From contig DF236974.1 in assembly GCA_000708835.1 (NCBI GenBank), positions 301,208-365,207 on the forward strand: 64,000 nucleotides of DNA, read 5' to 3'. A program made the position numbers and the translations under genes. Source of the stretch: Klebsormidium nitens. Its lineage: Eukaryota; Plantae; Klebsormidiophyceae. Positions 61,947 through 64,000 of this stretch are shown here, piece after piece. Under the pieces are notes generated by a model, which saw only the letters and a list, made by a program, of their open reading frames with translations, made no database searches and was not told the DNA's origin. Position 1 is the first letter of the stretch; every line of letters starts with the position of its first letter.

Positions 61947-63483
61947 TTACAGCTTCTCCACAATACATCTGAGCAGATCGGTGAGGTCCGAAATCTGCTT
62001 GGCTTTCCGATCCTCGACCTTTGTGTACTCTTCCATGAATGCCTCAGACGTGCTAACAAAAGTGGCTGACAACTCAGACGCTACGCTTTCCCTCTTGTTT
62101 CCACGCTTCAGCTTATCCTCTGAAAAGGAGCTACCGCTAGAGTTGGGCTTCTCACTACATTCCGAGAGCACCTCCACTGTCTCTGAGTCGGCATGGGCAG
62201 CACAGTGAACGGTGGCCTTGGACGCAAAGTGAGAATCCATCAAATCATAGTGCTTGGACCTGTCACCCCTGTCATGACCAGACTTTGCATTCTGCGCCTT
62301 GTCACCCTGATAATCCTTGAGCTCCTTAGCAAACCTCTTTCTGCACGCCTCAGCATTCTTGTTGAAATCAGGGCAGTTAGCGAGGATCTCGGCAGCCACC
62401 TTGGTCCAGAGATCCACGCCTTGCTTGGGGTTGTCGAACTTGTCCTTCAGGAGAGCTCGCTGTTCGATCAACTGAACCACCCACTCGTCCTTCCACAGGC
62501 GGTTTGCGGCCTCCTGGAGAACCGCAGGATCGACTGGTGGCGCTTGTTCCTTCTTCTTCCTGGGGGGCCCCCGGGTGTTGTTCTTGGTACCGGCTGGTCG
62601 TCCACGCTTCTTGGTTCCTGCCGACCAGATTAGAAAGCCCTTATGTGAGAAAGGCAGATGCTACGTGTGCTACTTTCTCTCATCAGAGGATTCAACCAAG
62701 GATCCAGCCAAGTCTCTACATGTTCTTAAGCAGATGTAGGATAGAACGCTTCAGCAAGCATTGAGGCAGGAACAGGGCTCTGCAACTAACAAGAGGCTTG
62801 CATAGCCAACAGAAGAGCCTACAGGAACCAGAAGAGCTTACAGCAACATCCTTATTAAACAATCTACAGTAAGTCTGCAAGCTTCCTGCAACCTTTGAAT
62901 AAGACACCATCTCCTTGACTGAGCATCCCTGTGACGAAGACAAGTTTTTGGAACAGCGTACAATGAGCTACCAAGCATCCAAAAACAAAATTTTCTTGTG
63001 TGCACTGCTCCCTTCAACATTCCTTCCAACAATGGTATAGGTCAAGGATGCTTACAGGCCCCCAGAAACTGCAGGCAAGCAGGCAGCAAACAGAATCCCC
63101 GCAACATGCAGTATACTAGCAAGAGGCATTCACCGGACAATGCAAGCAATCAGTGTTGAACCTGAGAGACAGGTTGCACCTCACTGACCTGTTTCAATCT
63201 GTGCTGCGGTCGCCGGAGGTGCACCTGGCAGCGGAGCATCCCGACTGGGAGGGCTGACGTAGACGTTCTGGGGGGCTTCAGCAGGAAGGTTGTCTTGTCC
63301 TGGCACACCTTGAGTAGATTGGGGGACTTCCTGTACAGCAGGTATACCTGCTTGGGCTTGGAGGTAGGTAGAGAATGAATCTGGGGTCAGGCATTGATTG
63401 CTGTGCAGGGCAGGCATGTTGAGGTTGCCAAGGAAGCCTATCTCCGGGTTGAAGCCGCCCTCATCTTCAGGGCGCCGATCCAT
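61947..63483 (-). CDS. Harbinger Myb/SANT (trihelix) DNA-binding protein with AT-hook; exons 63483-63189 and 62617-61947
   Basis: ATG 63483; phase-1 GT-AG intron; KKRGRP AT-hook, then LWKDEWVVQLI...DLWTKVAAEI...ACRKRF...YDLMD. Confidence 0.85.
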
Positions 63484-64000
63484 GGCGTCTTCCTCTTTGC
63501 TACAACGCACTGATGCAGACTGCAGACTGCCACTGCTGCCTGTGCTTGAAAGGCCGCGCCAAATCCTGTTCAAGGGCTTTTCCCGCCTAGACCATCATTC
63601 ACTGATGCGGTGCGCTGTGAGTGGCCCAATAAACCACGTGGATGCCCGGCACAAAAAGAGAAAAGTTCGACCCACCATGGCAGTGGGGTCGAACTTTATA
63701 CATTCTTGTGCCGCTGACGTATGCAATAAAAAAATCCACTTCCGCCGCCCTACAAGCTAACGTAACGGCAGTACAACATTTCCGGACTGTTAGGAGCCAA
63801 CCAGAGAATTTCTTTAATGACCTGCTCTGCCGTCCGCCGCCAATGTAACGAGGGCCTAAGGCGACTCCGGAGTACGGTGGCTTGTCTCTCTGGAAAGGAG
63901 GACTGACTCAGGCGTCGGAGCGAGCTCCCACCCCTGGATATCGGAATTAGGGTCCAGCCGGGCATGGGCACGTGTATTGAACTAGAAAAGCCACCGGATC

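Larger units (their letters stand above)
59342..63856. mobile_element. Complete PIF/Harbinger DNA transposon (4515 bp)
   Basis: Perfect 31-bp TIR GGCCCTCGTTACATTGGCGGCGGACGGCAGA (59342-59372 / 63826-63856); TAA TSD at 59339-59341 and 63857-63859; transposase and Myb genes converge. Confidence 0.97.

Noticed and set aside
1-64000. tRNA, rRNA or other structured ncRNA genes
   Set aside because: None recognised by eye; tRNAscan-SE or Infernal would be needed to exclude them

Overview
Eukaryotic nuclear DNA with GT-AG introns. A centriolar WDR90 gene alongside a plant-type sulfate transporter and a plant-type dipeptide epimerase suggests a streptophyte green alga, possibly Klebsormidium-like (inference). 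The first ~38 kb holds host genes: the 5' end of WDR90, an L-Ala-D/L-Glu epimerase, an orphan coiled-coil gene, eIF2D, a SULTR/STAS transporter, and four intronless paralogous multi-pass membrane genes (one with a nonsense codon). The last ~25 kb is a mobile-DNA island with three parts. (1) An intron-containing KDZ (Kyakuja/HMGXB3-like) transposon bounded by degenerate ~110-bp inverted repeats. (2) A compact virus/plasmid-like block with an intact virophage/PLV-type tyrosine recombinase, two different Prim-Pol primase-helicases (one intronless and frameshifted, one split by four spliceosomal introns) and small orphan ORFs; no capsid, packaging ATPase or PolB was recognised in the window. (3) A complete PIF/Harbinger element with perfect 31-bp TIRs and a TAA target-site duplication. 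The best candidate for an undescribed system is the recombinase plus dual primase-helicase block. All family assignments come from motif recognition by eye, not database searches.
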